DNA from: Wallemia ichthyophaga EXF-994
Lineage: Eukaryota > Fungi > Basidiomycota
Assembly (NCBI RefSeq): GCF_000400465.1
Contig: NW_008806276.1
Location: 60,001 to 92,000 of the forward strand
DNA length: 32,000 nt
Direction of reading: 5' to 3'
This document shows, one piece after another, positions 8,939-20,483 of the stretch (position 1 is its first letter; each line of letters opens with the position of its first letter). The notes beneath the pieces are model-generated. The model worked only from the letters and a program-made list of their open reading frames with translations. It was not told where the DNA came from and did not search any database. Made by a program: the position numbers and the translations under genes.

Positions 8939-9659
8939 ATGTACTTCAACAACGTCAAAGCTCTCGCCGTTCTCGCCTTTACTAGCGCCATCGTATTAGT
9001 AGCCGCTGCACCTAACCCAGCTGGCAACATCTCGTATCGCGGAGATGTAGGAGATGTCGGTCACAAGAATGAAAACTCTGAAAAGGGTGTGGATGCCAAG
9101 AACAACGATAATTACGACAAATACGATAAGCAAGACAAGGAATCTCACGAAGAGGCGCTCAAGAAGCACAGCAAAGAGGTCGAAAAGCAGAAAATGCTGA
9201 CGAAAGAAGCTGCCGAAAAGAACAAAGCAAATGACAAGGTTGGTAATGACGAAGCTTGCTGAAAATTGGCTTACACAGTAATAGAACCAGAAGACAGACG
9301 AGTACTGGAAGGGTGAGAAGAAAGATGACAACACGTACGACAACAAGTCTGGTAATAAGAAGCAAGACAATCAGTACGACACCAGTAAGAAACAAGATTC
9401 TGGCAAGCACGATACCGACATGAAACAAGAGCACTACAACGACAAAAAGCAAGACAATCACTACGACACCAGTAAGAAACAAGATTCTGGCAAGCACGAT
9501 ACCGACATGAAACAAGAGCACTACAACGACAAAAAGCAAGACAATCACTACGACACCAGTAAGAAACAAGATTCTGGCAAGCACGATACCGACATGAAAC
9601 AAGAACACGACAACGACAAGAAGCAAGACAATCATTACGATACCGACAAGAAAGACTAA
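8939..9659 (+). CDS. Secreted K/D/H-rich repeat protein, copy A (224 aa; 2 full 29-aa repeats), 2 exons
   Basis: Signal peptide MYFNNVKALAVLAFTSAIVLVAA. A phase-0 intron at 9239-9284 (GTTGGT..TAG) joins ...KANDK to NQKTDEYWKGEKKDD..., in frame with the MKQEHYNDKKQDNHYDTSKKQDSGKHDTD repeats. Confidence 0.82.
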
Positions 9660-10010
9660 GCTTCGATTGTTTGTTAAGCTTATTGTACACTGTGTTCATG
9701 AATGATTCTATCATTGAACAAAGATATTAATTTTGAGTATTCAGCAAGGTGCTTTGTTCTTTACCCCGATAGGGCCTCTCGCTTATCAAGCTATTCCAAA
9801 AATAAAATCTTACTTATCCCAGCTGAGTTTGAACCCTTCAAGTTTGTCTCCTTTGTTCCACACTCTCACTACCGTAATTGATCCCTAAATCCGTCTTATC
9901 CACCTTATTTAACACAAGATACTTGACATGGACAAGCGAGATATCTAAGCGACCGTGACTATCTACCTATACAGTAATTCAAGACCACATCTAGCTCAAA
10001 TAACATCGGG

Positions 10011-11201
10011 ATGAAGTTGGAATTAGTCGCGATAGCTGCAATTATTCAGTTTGTCTTAGCGAAAGAGCCCTGGGATGACTTTAAGCATATCAAGGCATCG
10101 TTATTTGCTAATATAGTCACTTTTCACATTAAGAACACCATCATTGCTTGACGGACAAAAGTCAGAATTTTGATATTGCTGTTAATGGTATACCTTTTGA
10201 TACAAGCGTGTCATACTGAACAGGGGCCAGATTCGGACCGAATAGTGAGCCAATTCCCAAGCTCGAATATATTGCTGATTTGCTTAGGCATTAGTCAGGG
10301 ATCACGTCACCAAGACCCAGCAAATGCATGGTCGCACTTCTGGGAGGCCAACCCTTACGCGAAAGGGGTCAAAATTTTAGACTGTGGGGATATTCCAGTG
10401 ATTACAGTAGACAACCAGATGTCATAAAAAAGCACCGAAGCTGCGCACGACAATCTTCTCAATCGACCAACTGCAAGTAAGCATCTAAAGCATCCAATGC
10501 TACTCACATTTGGAGGTGACCACTCAATTGAGTTGCCAATTCTGCGTACTCTAAAAAAGGCGCGTAATCCGCGCTATTCATCGAAGTACATTTCCCGACA
10601 CTCATCTCTAGGTACACGGTCCTATATCGCTTATTCAGATCGACTCTCATATCGATACATGGTCTTCAGGCAAAAAGTATGGGTTCAGTGATAAGCACGA
10701 CACAGCACCTGTCTCTCATGGCAACATGCTTTGGCATGCGTCGGAGGAAAATTTGCTTACCTCGAGATCGATCCAAGCTGGAATAAGGACGCGTTTTACA
10801 AAAGAAAGGGATATTACAGATAATAAAGAGTTTGGTATAAAAATGATCACGATCGATGCTATAGATGAAATCGGTGCAAAGGGAATTGCAGATCAAATTA
10901 GAAAAAGGGTCGGCAATACGGCAGCCTATTTGACAATTGATATAGACTCAGTTGATCCTGCCTTTGCCGGCGCCACTGGAACACCCGAGCCTGGTGGGCT
11001 TACCACGCGCGAAGCCAAGACTATTTTAAGGAATCTGAAGGGTTTAAATTTTGTTGGGGCAGATATAGTCGAAGTTATTCACCATATGACGCTGGAAGTG
11101 AGCTAAGACAGATGGTCGCGGCTGATGTGGCACATGAAATTCTTCAATTACTGACTACGTCACCAATTATGGAATCCAGCGTAATTCACGATGAGTTGTG
11201 A
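10011..11201 (+). pseudogene. Agmatinase/ureohydrolase-family pseudogene with signal peptide and C-terminal HDEL, copy A
   Basis: Motifs FDIAVNGIPFDTSVSY*TGARFGP, GGDHSI, DSHIDTW and DIDSVDPAFAGATGTPEPGG. Lesions: -1 frameshift at ~10124, TAA 10130, TGA 10217, TAA 10425, GC donor at 10560, -1 frameshift at ~11080. The restored end reads ...SSVIHDEL*. Confidence 0.88.
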
Positions 11202-11638
11202 ATGCATTTAAATAAGCTTTCACTAATGATTTACGCTTCTAAAGGTCTCTTTTCGTATTTATTACATCACATAGCTAAGAAATGCACATCGATGCCCATA
11301 TTTTGCCACTTATACGACTTCCTACGAGCTTGTATGTCAAAAACAAGCAATCTAAATGCTGCTAAATTCAACACTTTCTATTCTCCATTTATTCAATGTC
11401 ATATATGGAACTATCACCAGGAACTCACCAGGAATTCACCGATTAGGAAGGAAGATAAAGATATCTAGGCACTTCATTATCAAACCTACATGCAAGAATA
11501 CTATCGCTTAATTTCCGTCGCTTAATTGACCTTCACATGATTTATTGACCAGAACATACAGTTGATAAGATGTCTGATAAGGCGTCGATAAGGATGAGGA
11601 TAAGTAGGGTCGTTTTTTCAATAACTCTTCTTTCACCA

Positions 11639-13598
11639 ATGAATAAAGAAGAAAAAAGGAGCCTTCCATAAACTCAGCGTGTTTTTTTTTTTTTAACAAT
11701 GCCGAGCCGGAGTCTTCAACAAAAAGGGGCTCTCATACCAGCCGAAATCTGAATAGACGTCATATCCAAATTTACGGAATAGGTGGTGTGAGTTGAAAGA
11801 GAAAGGAAAGGATTGATTGCTGATCTAAAAAGGTTATTGGGACGGCGGTGATTGTCACACTAGGAGAACAGAACACAGAAGCAGGTGTGTTTGTCTCGCG
11901 TAAAAATAAAACCACTCAAAACTCACAGGACCGCTATTCTTGTTGCTGGCTTATACCTTCTGGAGCTGCATAATCTACATCGTGAATTAATGTGTAGCAG
12001 TGCCCACTTGTCGTCTACCAGTAGAGAATGATGCATTTGTGGATTTCGCTGGTAATTATATATCACCAGCGTTTGGTGTGTCTATTGGGTACAATTACTT
12101 TTTGTGCATGGTGAGAGCTATTGATTGAAGTGTAATCACGTAACAACATCTTCAGATAGGTCTTCTCTGCTTTGAAATTACAAACTTCGGAAACGCTATC
12201 AACTACTGGACCACAGAGCCATTACACCCGGCTATAATGGTATCTGCGAGTATTGCAGCTTATGTCCTCATACACTCATGGGACTCGAGATGGTTCGGGG
12301 AGTCAGAGTTTGTGGGTTAGTTTGGAGATATTGCTTATTTTCTAAAAGCTATGCAGTGGATCGTTATCTTGAAACTCTTATTGCTGGTAATGTGTGTATT
12401 GTATACTTTAGTCACTATGTGCGGCGGAAATCCCCTCAATGGCGCTTATGGATTCAGATATTGGCGCGACCCTGGTCCAATAGTGGGTAATACAGCTTTA
12501 ACGCAACTGCAGGCGTTTCTAGCAGCGCTTTTGGTGCCTCATTTGCCGTCGCAGGACCAGACATGCTCTCAATAATCTCTGGAGAAGCTAGAGATCCTCG
12601 TAGAGTGATGCCGATCGCATTCAGAACAGTATTTGTTTGGTTGTTTGTGTTCTTCATCCTTTCAACACTCGCTGTTGGTATTGTTATATCTTCAGAGGAT
12701 AAAATTTTACTCAACTCCATCAAGAACAACGGAGCTGGAGCTGCCCAATCACCTTACGGAGCTAGCATGATGAGGCTGAAGATCAAAAGGCTTCCTCATC
12801 TAGTTAACGCCTCGATTACTACTAGCATTTTTAGTGCTGGATCAGCATTCTTTTTCAATTCATTACGTACACTGCACGGCTTGGCTGTTCAAGGGTTTGG
12901 CCCAGTTATCTTTAAACGTGTAAATAGAAATGGTGTTCCCTACGCAACGATTTTTGTTACAACGGCTTTCGCCTGCTTGAGCTACTTGAAAATTGGTAAT
13001 GGTAGCTCGAAGGTCCTCGATTGGTTCATTGGTGAGCGTCAGAAACACAAAGCTATTTCAACTGCTGACATGAGATCAAGGTATCTCTACCGCTGCGCAA
13101 CTGATCACTTGATGCGTTATTTGTGTAACATATTTGCGCTGGGAGAAGGCGATGAAGGTGCAAAGTTTGTGGGAGACTGAAAATTTAAATTATCGCTCTA
13201 AGCTCATGCCTTATGGTGCTTGGTGAGTTTACTGAGTCTTTGTCGTACCGGTAAGCTGACGTAGCCGAGGTTTGCTCTATTTTGCGCAACGGCAGTGACG
13301 TTAATAAACGGCTATACGGTTTTCTAGATGGAAACTGGGATATTGCTGACTTGTGTGTTGGAATTTGGAATTCTTGCCAAACTAATACCACATCAGCTTC
13401 TTTACTTACTTCTCACCGATATGCTTCGTGGTGCTTGGTGTTGGATATAGTGTGATCAAGAAAGAGGGGCTGGTTAGTCCTGACAAGGCAGACTTTTTCA
13501 CCGAGATGAAGGAGATCGACGAACACGAGAATTCACTGCTTGCACAAGAGGAGGAGAAACCTTTTTCAGCGAAGAAGGCTATTAATTGGATTCTTTAG
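11639..13598 (+). pseudogene. Amino-acid/polyamine permease (YAT/APC family, Agp2-like) pseudogene
   Basis: Motifs LNRRHIQIYGIGG|VIGT, WFGESEF|W, TMCGGNP..GFRYWRDPG, GEARDPRR and NRNGVPY. Lesions: frame break after ATG 11639, TAA 11988, frameshift ~12530, TGA 13110 (where W is expected), frameshift ~13323. Confidence 0.85.
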
Positions 13599-14255
13599 TG
13601 TTTTCCGTTGATTTTATTATACGCTTTTTGTATTCTTTTAAATAATTTCGAAGAGTGTCACTATACTCAAAAAGATAGTCAGTTCGTCCTCAAAATTGCT
13701 TACACTTCCGATTGTTAAGAGGAAGAACTGATTAAGAGGTGATCAAATAGACTAAGTTCCGAGTCAATTGAGAATTTAGAGATGTTTGACTACTTCAATC
13801 TCTCAAAAAAGCACGCGCACACTCTACTCGAAAATGAGACCCGACGAAATAAAAGTCTGTGAAAATTCGCTACACAAGAAGGGCAAGGAAAAGCTTCCAC
13901 TTATTTAGCCGGATGAGAGAAATTATAAGAGGGAGCAATTACGTCAGACAGAATATCATTGGAGACGAGTGAGGGCTTGTGACCTCTGGAGATTGTTCTA
14001 AACATAAAATATGCGGTTGGCTAATCTGCAAGTGTCTTCCAGCTGGTTCAAAAATCATTGTATCCAAAAGTAAGATAGTTCAAAACATTCTCCTTCCTAG
14101 AACTTATGCAGAATCTCCGCTTACGTTAAAATACTCACCGGACAAGTCGCACGCTCATCGGTCAAGATTACTGGAATATTTACTGATTCTGCACGAGACG
14201 CAAATTATCACTTTAAAGTATGTAAAATGACCGAAATTAAGACAATAATCTCAAA

Positions 14256-16064
14256 TTACATTTCATTGAAAGTGCTGAGGTTCATCCAGCACGTTTCATC
14301 AGTCGCCGTGAACGAACTTCCTGATAGGAGAGTATACTCATCAAATTCGGACATGTCCAGAGCAGATACAGGCTCTGGCAATATCCAGTTCAATGGGGGC
14401 GCTTGTTTTGGAGTTTGTGTTTGCTTCTCTGTTTCACTCAAATCCAAACCAATCTTCCTAGCTTCGTCTTCTAATTTTTTGAGCTGATTCGTGTAAGTAC
14501 AGGCTCAAACATTAAGCGATACCTACAAATCCATGTGCGGCGGTACACAATTGCTCGTGATCTTGAAAAATCTCACTATGGTCAAGAGCTCATTCTCTAT
14601 AGTACTAACAGCCTGAATGTCTAAATTCTTAGCAGCTTCAATGTAAGCACCGACAAGAATGGACGCCGAGCTGCTGTATGTTGTGAAAATCATGCTAGGC
14701 AGCCGCGTCAAATCGTAGGTGGTAGCCATTAACTTGTGAAGAGAGTTGATTGCCACGCGCGAGTAAAAGAGTAGTCTAGATTGCGAAAGCTTCTCGCTAT
14801 TGAATTGCGAATGTAGGCTAAGCATGCACTTAGCAGCGATCATATGCGCCATCAAATTGTCAATATCAAGACCATCCTCATCCACGCGAACTGGATCAGA
14901 GTATTTCGAAGGAAAGCTCTGCCTGAATGTTTGTATTAAAGTATCCAACTCTCCAAATGACACTAATTGACTGCCTGACGTCAAACACAACGCTTGAACG
15001 TCGTAAAAACTTCTCAAGTGAAAGTCATTAACTCTCCCCATCAGTACGAGGGCCTTAATGAGTAGTGACAGTCCATCACCTAGATGTTGGATAAAAAAAT
15101 TGGGCGAGTACACGTACTCAGTACTTTTCGCTATTCGACTCGTGAAAGTGCTATTCTTGAAAGCTTTCAAAGTGCAAGGTAGCGGAGTAAACAAATGGCC
15201 TTCTTGAATTATACTCGGGTTTATGCCAGTATCTAGTGTAAACAGCTGGTCGATTATGTAGGCCTTGAAAAACAGCCGCCTTCGTTGCTCAACCTCTAAA
15301 TCACTGCCTGCGGCTGTCAAATACCACTTCCTAGGATAATCTGTGTCATGATTGAGTGAAAATGCTATTACTCCTCGAGCAGCGAAGGCTACCGGAAAAA
15401 ACAAGTCGGCTTTGTTACCAATTGAAAAAAGGTGTTGACTTATTATTATAGCGGCATGTATTCGCTCTAGCACAAACATCAGCCCAGGCGATTGGCCATC
15501 TTCGTTCAGCTTCTCTAGGGCTAGCGCGGTGTGTTTTTCGGAAGGATCTTTGTTAGGAAGATGTTGGAATGCGATAGCGAATACGGCGTGACAGAGTGCT
15601 TTGCAGGGGAATTTCGGTGAGGTTGGGGGTAGATGCATCAGTCTAGTTTCGAATGACTGTCTGGGAAGATCACTTGCAGCGAAAGGCGAACACGCGTAAA
15701 ATGTAGATATCAGGTAGCTAACCATATCTTTAGGTGGGAAATCTTTTGGCCAATTTGACGTTGTAATTTTGAGCGGTTCAGCGGAGGTAGATGGCATGCT
15801 ACTGCTATTACTATTGCTGTTGCTGCTATCTATTTTCACTCTCTCCAGCTTATCCTCCAGTTCTCTGATTCTGTCTTCGTAAGCCCGCAGCTTAGTCGCC
15901 CTCCTAGCTGACTGCCGCGATTCATTATCGTAAATGCATTCTAATCCACCGCTCCTGACGCAATTCGAGCAGATTGGTTTGACGGCATCGCAGCGCATCT
16001 TCTTCCTACGGCAAGCGAGGCATGCTGAGCCTTTCGGTAGCGTGTCCGATTGTGCTTTAGGCAT
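14256..16064 (-). CDS. Zn(II)2Cys6 transcription factor (513-aa ORF; probable last exon 14483-14256)
   Basis: ACLACRRKKMRCDAVKPICSNCVRSGGLECIY zinc cluster, a coiled coil, and a fungal TF middle region (RRRLFFKAYIID). The TAG at 14525-14523 abuts a GT donor (see findings). Confidence 0.9.
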
Positions 16065-16185
16065 CTAATTGGTTGAGATTAAAAAGCCAGGAATGATGAA
16101 ATGTGACTTCTTATCTGCATCGATTGCGTAAAATTATACAAGTGAAAATGAGAAATTTAAATGAAAATTAATTGTTATTGAAAAA

Positions 16186-17181
16186 TTATGACTCAGTCTT
16201 GCCATCTTCAATTTGAAATCCTGTGTTTGATTTCTTCATACTGATTGTACGTGATGGCCAAATCAGCCAGACGCTGATAGCCAGTAGCATCGGTGCCGCG
16301 TCAAACACGAAAAAGCAGGCTTCGCTCTTTTGCACGGAATTTCCCTCACCACCGCTCAACTCTATGACTCGGTAAACGAGGCGGACCAGTATGAAGAATG
16401 AGCTAGTTGCGAGCAGTATTAGTACTTTGTCGATATTTCTGCCAACGGCTGTACTTCTCAAGTTTGGAACTCTACGGAATCGACAGTCTGTGACGATCGC
16501 TATAAAGCACAGATAAGATATAAGCTGCGCAATCATTCCAGCTAGCGTCAACTTGTTACCGTTGCTGCGTTGGTCGGATGAGATCTCCATGAGTTGCCCC
16601 GCAAATTGTGCTAAGAATGTGGTAATATCCGACCAGACAAATATATGCTTAATCGTTCGTGGAGATGCGATGGTGACACTGCCTTTCGATATGCGACTGT
16701 CATTCTTTAGGTTGTGAGAGATGCGACCGAAGACCAGATAGTTGAAAGCCAGATACGCGACCGGCGCGACCAAGATGAAGACGTCTCCCGCAATAAACAA
16801 GCCTGGTAAGTCGTGTCAGTCTTCCTTTGTTGTATTATGTTGATGTCCCACCCATCGACATCGTTTCTGCAAAACGAATCTTATTCGGATACCCAACTCC
16901 CTCGAATAGCGCACCGATAGGTAAACAGAGTGCCCACCAATCTTTATGCATACACACGAGCACTGTAAATGCGACAGCAAGAAGAAGGTAGAGTGCACAA
17001 AACAAGTAATGAGCCCCTGGCGTAGGCTCAAAGGCTTAAATTGGTTTGAGAGGGTATAATTTGTTAACAGTAACCTACGAACAAATATATCTTTGTATTC
17101 TTCAATGGGCTGCTGTGCAGATGCAAATTGGAAAATCAGGCCCAGAAATAGCAGTTTAATGAAGAATTTAGGTATTATCAT
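16186..17181 (-). CDS. RTA1/RSB1-family lipid-translocating exporter-like protein, 3 exons
   Basis: Spliced reading: N-terminal signal-like segment, KDWWALCLPIGALFEGVG, FILVAPVAYLAFNYLVFGR, FVWSDITTFLAQFAG, LVRLVYRVIELSGG, EACFFVFDAAPMLLA. The frame is intact across both introns. Confidence 0.88.
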
Positions 17182-17579
17182 TGCTTTTCAGGTCGAAAAT
17201 ATTTAATAGTATTAAAAAGGACAATATATGGCGTTTATTGAGCGATTGAGAATTTTCATCATCATCGGTCTAACTTTTGCCGTCCAAATTTGACTGGTTA
17301 ATGAGACAAGCACAGCTTTGAAGTAACTTCGGCTTAACATTCACCGGCTCTGCTGATGTCATTGCAACATAAAGTTGAGTTTAATTAGAGATTTTGCAAG
17401 TGACGAAAATAACGACAATATGGATGAAAATTGAGCTTTGTATGGCTTTTTTATATACATTTTACAATCATAATGTTCTTAATGCAGTGTTTTGTTGCTG
17501 GATGAGTGAATAAAGGAAACGCGTCTAGCTATTGAAGGCGCTGAGAGCTATTTTGTCTATTTGAGAAGAGTAAGTCACA

Positions 17580-18340
17580 TGTAAGCATAATCCTGGTGCT
17601 TTTTCTATGTCCGTGCTTTCTATCTGCCTATTCTCTCTGATAAGCAGAAGTCCCCACCAGCTGAACATGATGTTAGCCGTTAATCAAGCATGACAATGCT
17701 GCCACTCACATATATGCAATGATTGTAGAGATGAAGCAAAACTGCTTTTATCAGCGAATCAGAATGATTTCATCGAAGCACTCCTCACAAGAACAGCCAA
17801 ATCGAGAAGAACGTTGAGTAGAGTTGATGTGGAGATGTTTCCGATGAGAAGGGCGGTAAAGGTTGATGGGAGGAAGGTTGCTGAGCTGTTTATTAAACGC
17901 CATTGAGCAGTTAAATCAGCGCACCAATCAAGCCCTCGAGTAAATTAACACGATTTTCGAACATTAAAAAGTTAGATGCTGCACTTCAAGACATATCTTA
18001 CAAGTCGCAGTCATAGCCGGTGCTTCAGGCACCTTATCAACTCTTGTGATTACCTAAAATAGCTTGAGCTTGAATCGAGTTTATATTATGCCTTTAGTTA
18101 TAGAAGAAGTTAGTAAATACTCCTTCACATATTTATAGATACAACTTCTACTCTCAAACCACTACTAAACACTAGCTTACCATTTTCCGCCTCGTGACCT
18201 TGAGGTGCGAGACATTCAGCGGATTGATGGAGCGTCTTGAAACAACGGCGAGAAAGCGGGATATTCATGTTCATAGGTACGGTTATTCCCCGTATTAGTT
18301 AGAGCGCTTCAAGGCGCTTCATACGAGGGGCTAGAGATGG
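17580..18340 (-). pseudogene. Diverged paralog of the 5100-5850 remnant
   Basis: Shared blocks such as gaagcaaaactgcttt, ctcctcacaagaacagc, ccggtgcttcaggcaccttatc and gagacattcagcggattgatg, with many substitutions and indels. Contains stops (e.g. att taa ctg where the other copy has att caa ctg). Confidence 0.45.
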
Positions 18341-18828
18341 AAGACGGGATCCTCATACTATACTCGACGTTCTGTTGCTATTCTGTTCACCTCTCATACA
18401 TCAATGCAGCCATAATTTATAATTTAGGAGTGTTTCACAACCTCTTTTATACAATATACGCTCACTTCAGCGCAAAGGATCTTTACAGCTGCATGACTAC
18501 CATTCAAATGTATACTCAACACTTTCGGAAGTTCAGAGAGTGTAATACTTTGCTTGTGCCTCATTTCCTGCCTATGATGTCAATTTCACTGCTACTATCG
18601 CCCAGATGCAATCGATTATGTTGATTCTACACCAATTAGACGCACCACGAGAAGGCCATTTTGATCTGCTTTCACTCCACTCTACTCAAAGGATGTGCCT
18701 ATTTCGACACTGACAAGCTCGCGTCGATATACTGCGCCTCCTTTGACGCGAAGTATCATTCCTTGGTCGAGTGTATAAATAAGGCTGTTCTTTTTCACTA
18801 TCTCTCATCCCGCTTCTGCCACTTAAGT

Positions 18829-19200
18829 ATGAAGTTTCCAGTCACTTTAGTTCTATTAGTCGCTGTTCTTTGTTGTCTTGTCGAAGCAGCCAAGCGCCGG
18901 GGGTACAATAGAGGCATCCTCGACAAGAAAGGTATGATGCAAAAGAGAGGTATCCTCGGTAAGAAGGAATTTGGCAAGAGATACATCCTCGATAAGAGCG
19001 AATACGTCAAGAGAGGCGGATTGACTGATATCCTGGACAAGAGAGATATCTACCGCAGACAAGAAAATAATTACGACTTCGACGAACTGACAGACATGAA
19101 GAGGGGTATCCTCAGTCGTCAAGATAACGATGACCTCGAGGAACTTTCAGCCATCAAGAGAGAGATTCTCAAGCGTCAAGATGATGAAACGCTCGAATGA
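18829..19200 (+). CDS. Secreted Kex2-type repeat precursor, copy B
   Basis: Same protein sequence as 6245-6616. Confidence 0.8.
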   Translation: MKFPVTLVLLVAVLCCLVEAAKRRGYNRGILDKKGMMQKRGILGKKEFGKRYILDKSEYVKRGGLTDILDKRDIYRRQENNYDFDELTDMKRGILSRQDNDDLEELSAIKREILKRQDDETLE

Positions 19201-19385
19201 CTAGCTATTGGGTAAATATCAGGTCCACTCGCCATATTTTTAATATGATTCTCTGAATTCACGATTGTATGTTTTAGAAATAAATGTTGTTTACTGTAAT
19301 TAATGAAAGACATTAAAGATATCAGAGGGGTATATAAATAATCTAAAAGAGTGCAATAGCACTGACCGGACTCGCCTTGAAGGCG

Positions 19386-19703
19386 TCAGTACGAGAGCGA
19401 GTATTGATTAGTGTGTTTGAAATCATAGACCATTACGCTGAGCTCGTAGATGTAGTCGTTGAGGTCGTCGCGCTCCTGCTTCAATTGCTTGTTGAAACTT
19501 CTCAAGTACTCAACTTCAGCTTTCAAGGAGGATTGCAAGCGTTGACGTTCGCCGTGCCGAGTATTGCAGCAGAGATGCAGAGACTCCGCCTCATTCTTAG
19601 TAATTTCTGAGCCAGAGACATCGCGTACAATGTCTATTCCTGTTAGCAAGTGCTGATATAGATCACAATCAATCGTCTTACTTTTCTCGCTTTTTTGGAT
19701 CAT
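19386..19703 (-). CDS. Hypothetical coiled-coil protein, copy B
   Basis: Identical to 6802-7119. Confidence 0.5.
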   Translation of the reverse strand: MIQKSEKSKTIDCDLYQHLLTGIDIVRDVSGSEITKNEAESLHLCCNTRHGERQRLQSSLKAEVEYLRSFNKQLKQERDDLNDYIYELSVMVYDFKHTNQYSLSY

Positions 19704-19947
19704 TTATGCAGTGAGGATATAAGAGGAGAAGAAACTGAGTAGACTCTGCACGGACTGCGTGGTCCCGCTCGGAATCCGCTCATACGAATCTAGGGTGGTG
19801 AAAATCCGTGCCTGGAAACATCACAAGTATGTTTCCGGTAACAGTCGATGTTAAGCCTTCCTCAAACACTTGCAGATAAATGTTCAAGTAATATTGCGTG
19901 TATTATCTATCAACATCTCTATCAAGCTACTTATTACGAAGACATGA

Positions 19948-20288
19948 TCAGCTATCCTGCCTCTCGAGCTCATCTAGTACCTTGTACGCTCCCTTCTCTT
20001 CCAATGCCTTGATGAAAAGGATCCGTGCCATCTCGTCGTCCCCGAAGCGATGGAGCTTAAGCACCTCATTTCGGTAGTCAGGCCTAACTCCGAAAAGAGC
20101 GTGTGCAGCTGTATCCGTATCCAGCGAGAAGTTTGCGTTTGAGTGGGAGCGTGAATAACTACCAAAAGCACTCTTGATGTCGAGCATGTCAGGTTGATCT
20201 TCTTCGATAGCAAAATTAAACTTACAGATACCGGAGCAGCAAGCACAGAGCCTAAAACTATCCCAGTAAAGGCTGCTGCAAGCTTCAT
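19948..20288 (-). CDS. Small secreted 95-aa protein, copy B
   Basis: Identical to 7364-7704, including the 53-nt intron. Confidence 0.78.
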
Positions 20289-20483
20289 GAGTTGAAGATG
20301 TGGCGGATGTAAGTTCTCGCTGAGCAAAAGCTCCCGAGGGGGAAGCTTTCGGGTAAAAGCATACGCTAGCTCTTCTAATAATTTTAAATGATGATGTCAT
20401 TTAATAATTAGGAGCATAAAGAGTCGTAAATGGCTATCATTGTATTATCGTAAATATTGGCACATTTCAATTACATCAAAGAA

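Larger units (their letters stand above)
5998..12251. repeat. Segmental duplication copy A (near-identical to 18582-25533)
   Basis: The same ORFs recur at offsets +12584, then +12586 after a 2-nt indel near 7932, then +13282 after the VNTR. The last step (696 nt) equals 8 x 87. Confidence 0.95.

Noticed and set aside
6245-9659. Dikaritin/ustiloxin-type RiPP cluster
   Set aside because: No DUF3328/UstYa (HxxHC) oxidase, tyrosinase or other tailoring enzyme is visible in the window, and the precursor cores are not perfect repeats.
10011-14525. Stop codons rescued by A-to-I editing or an alternative genetic code
   Set aside because: The stops are of all three types and come with frameshifts, and the flanking housekeeping genes read normally. 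Pseudogenisation is simpler.
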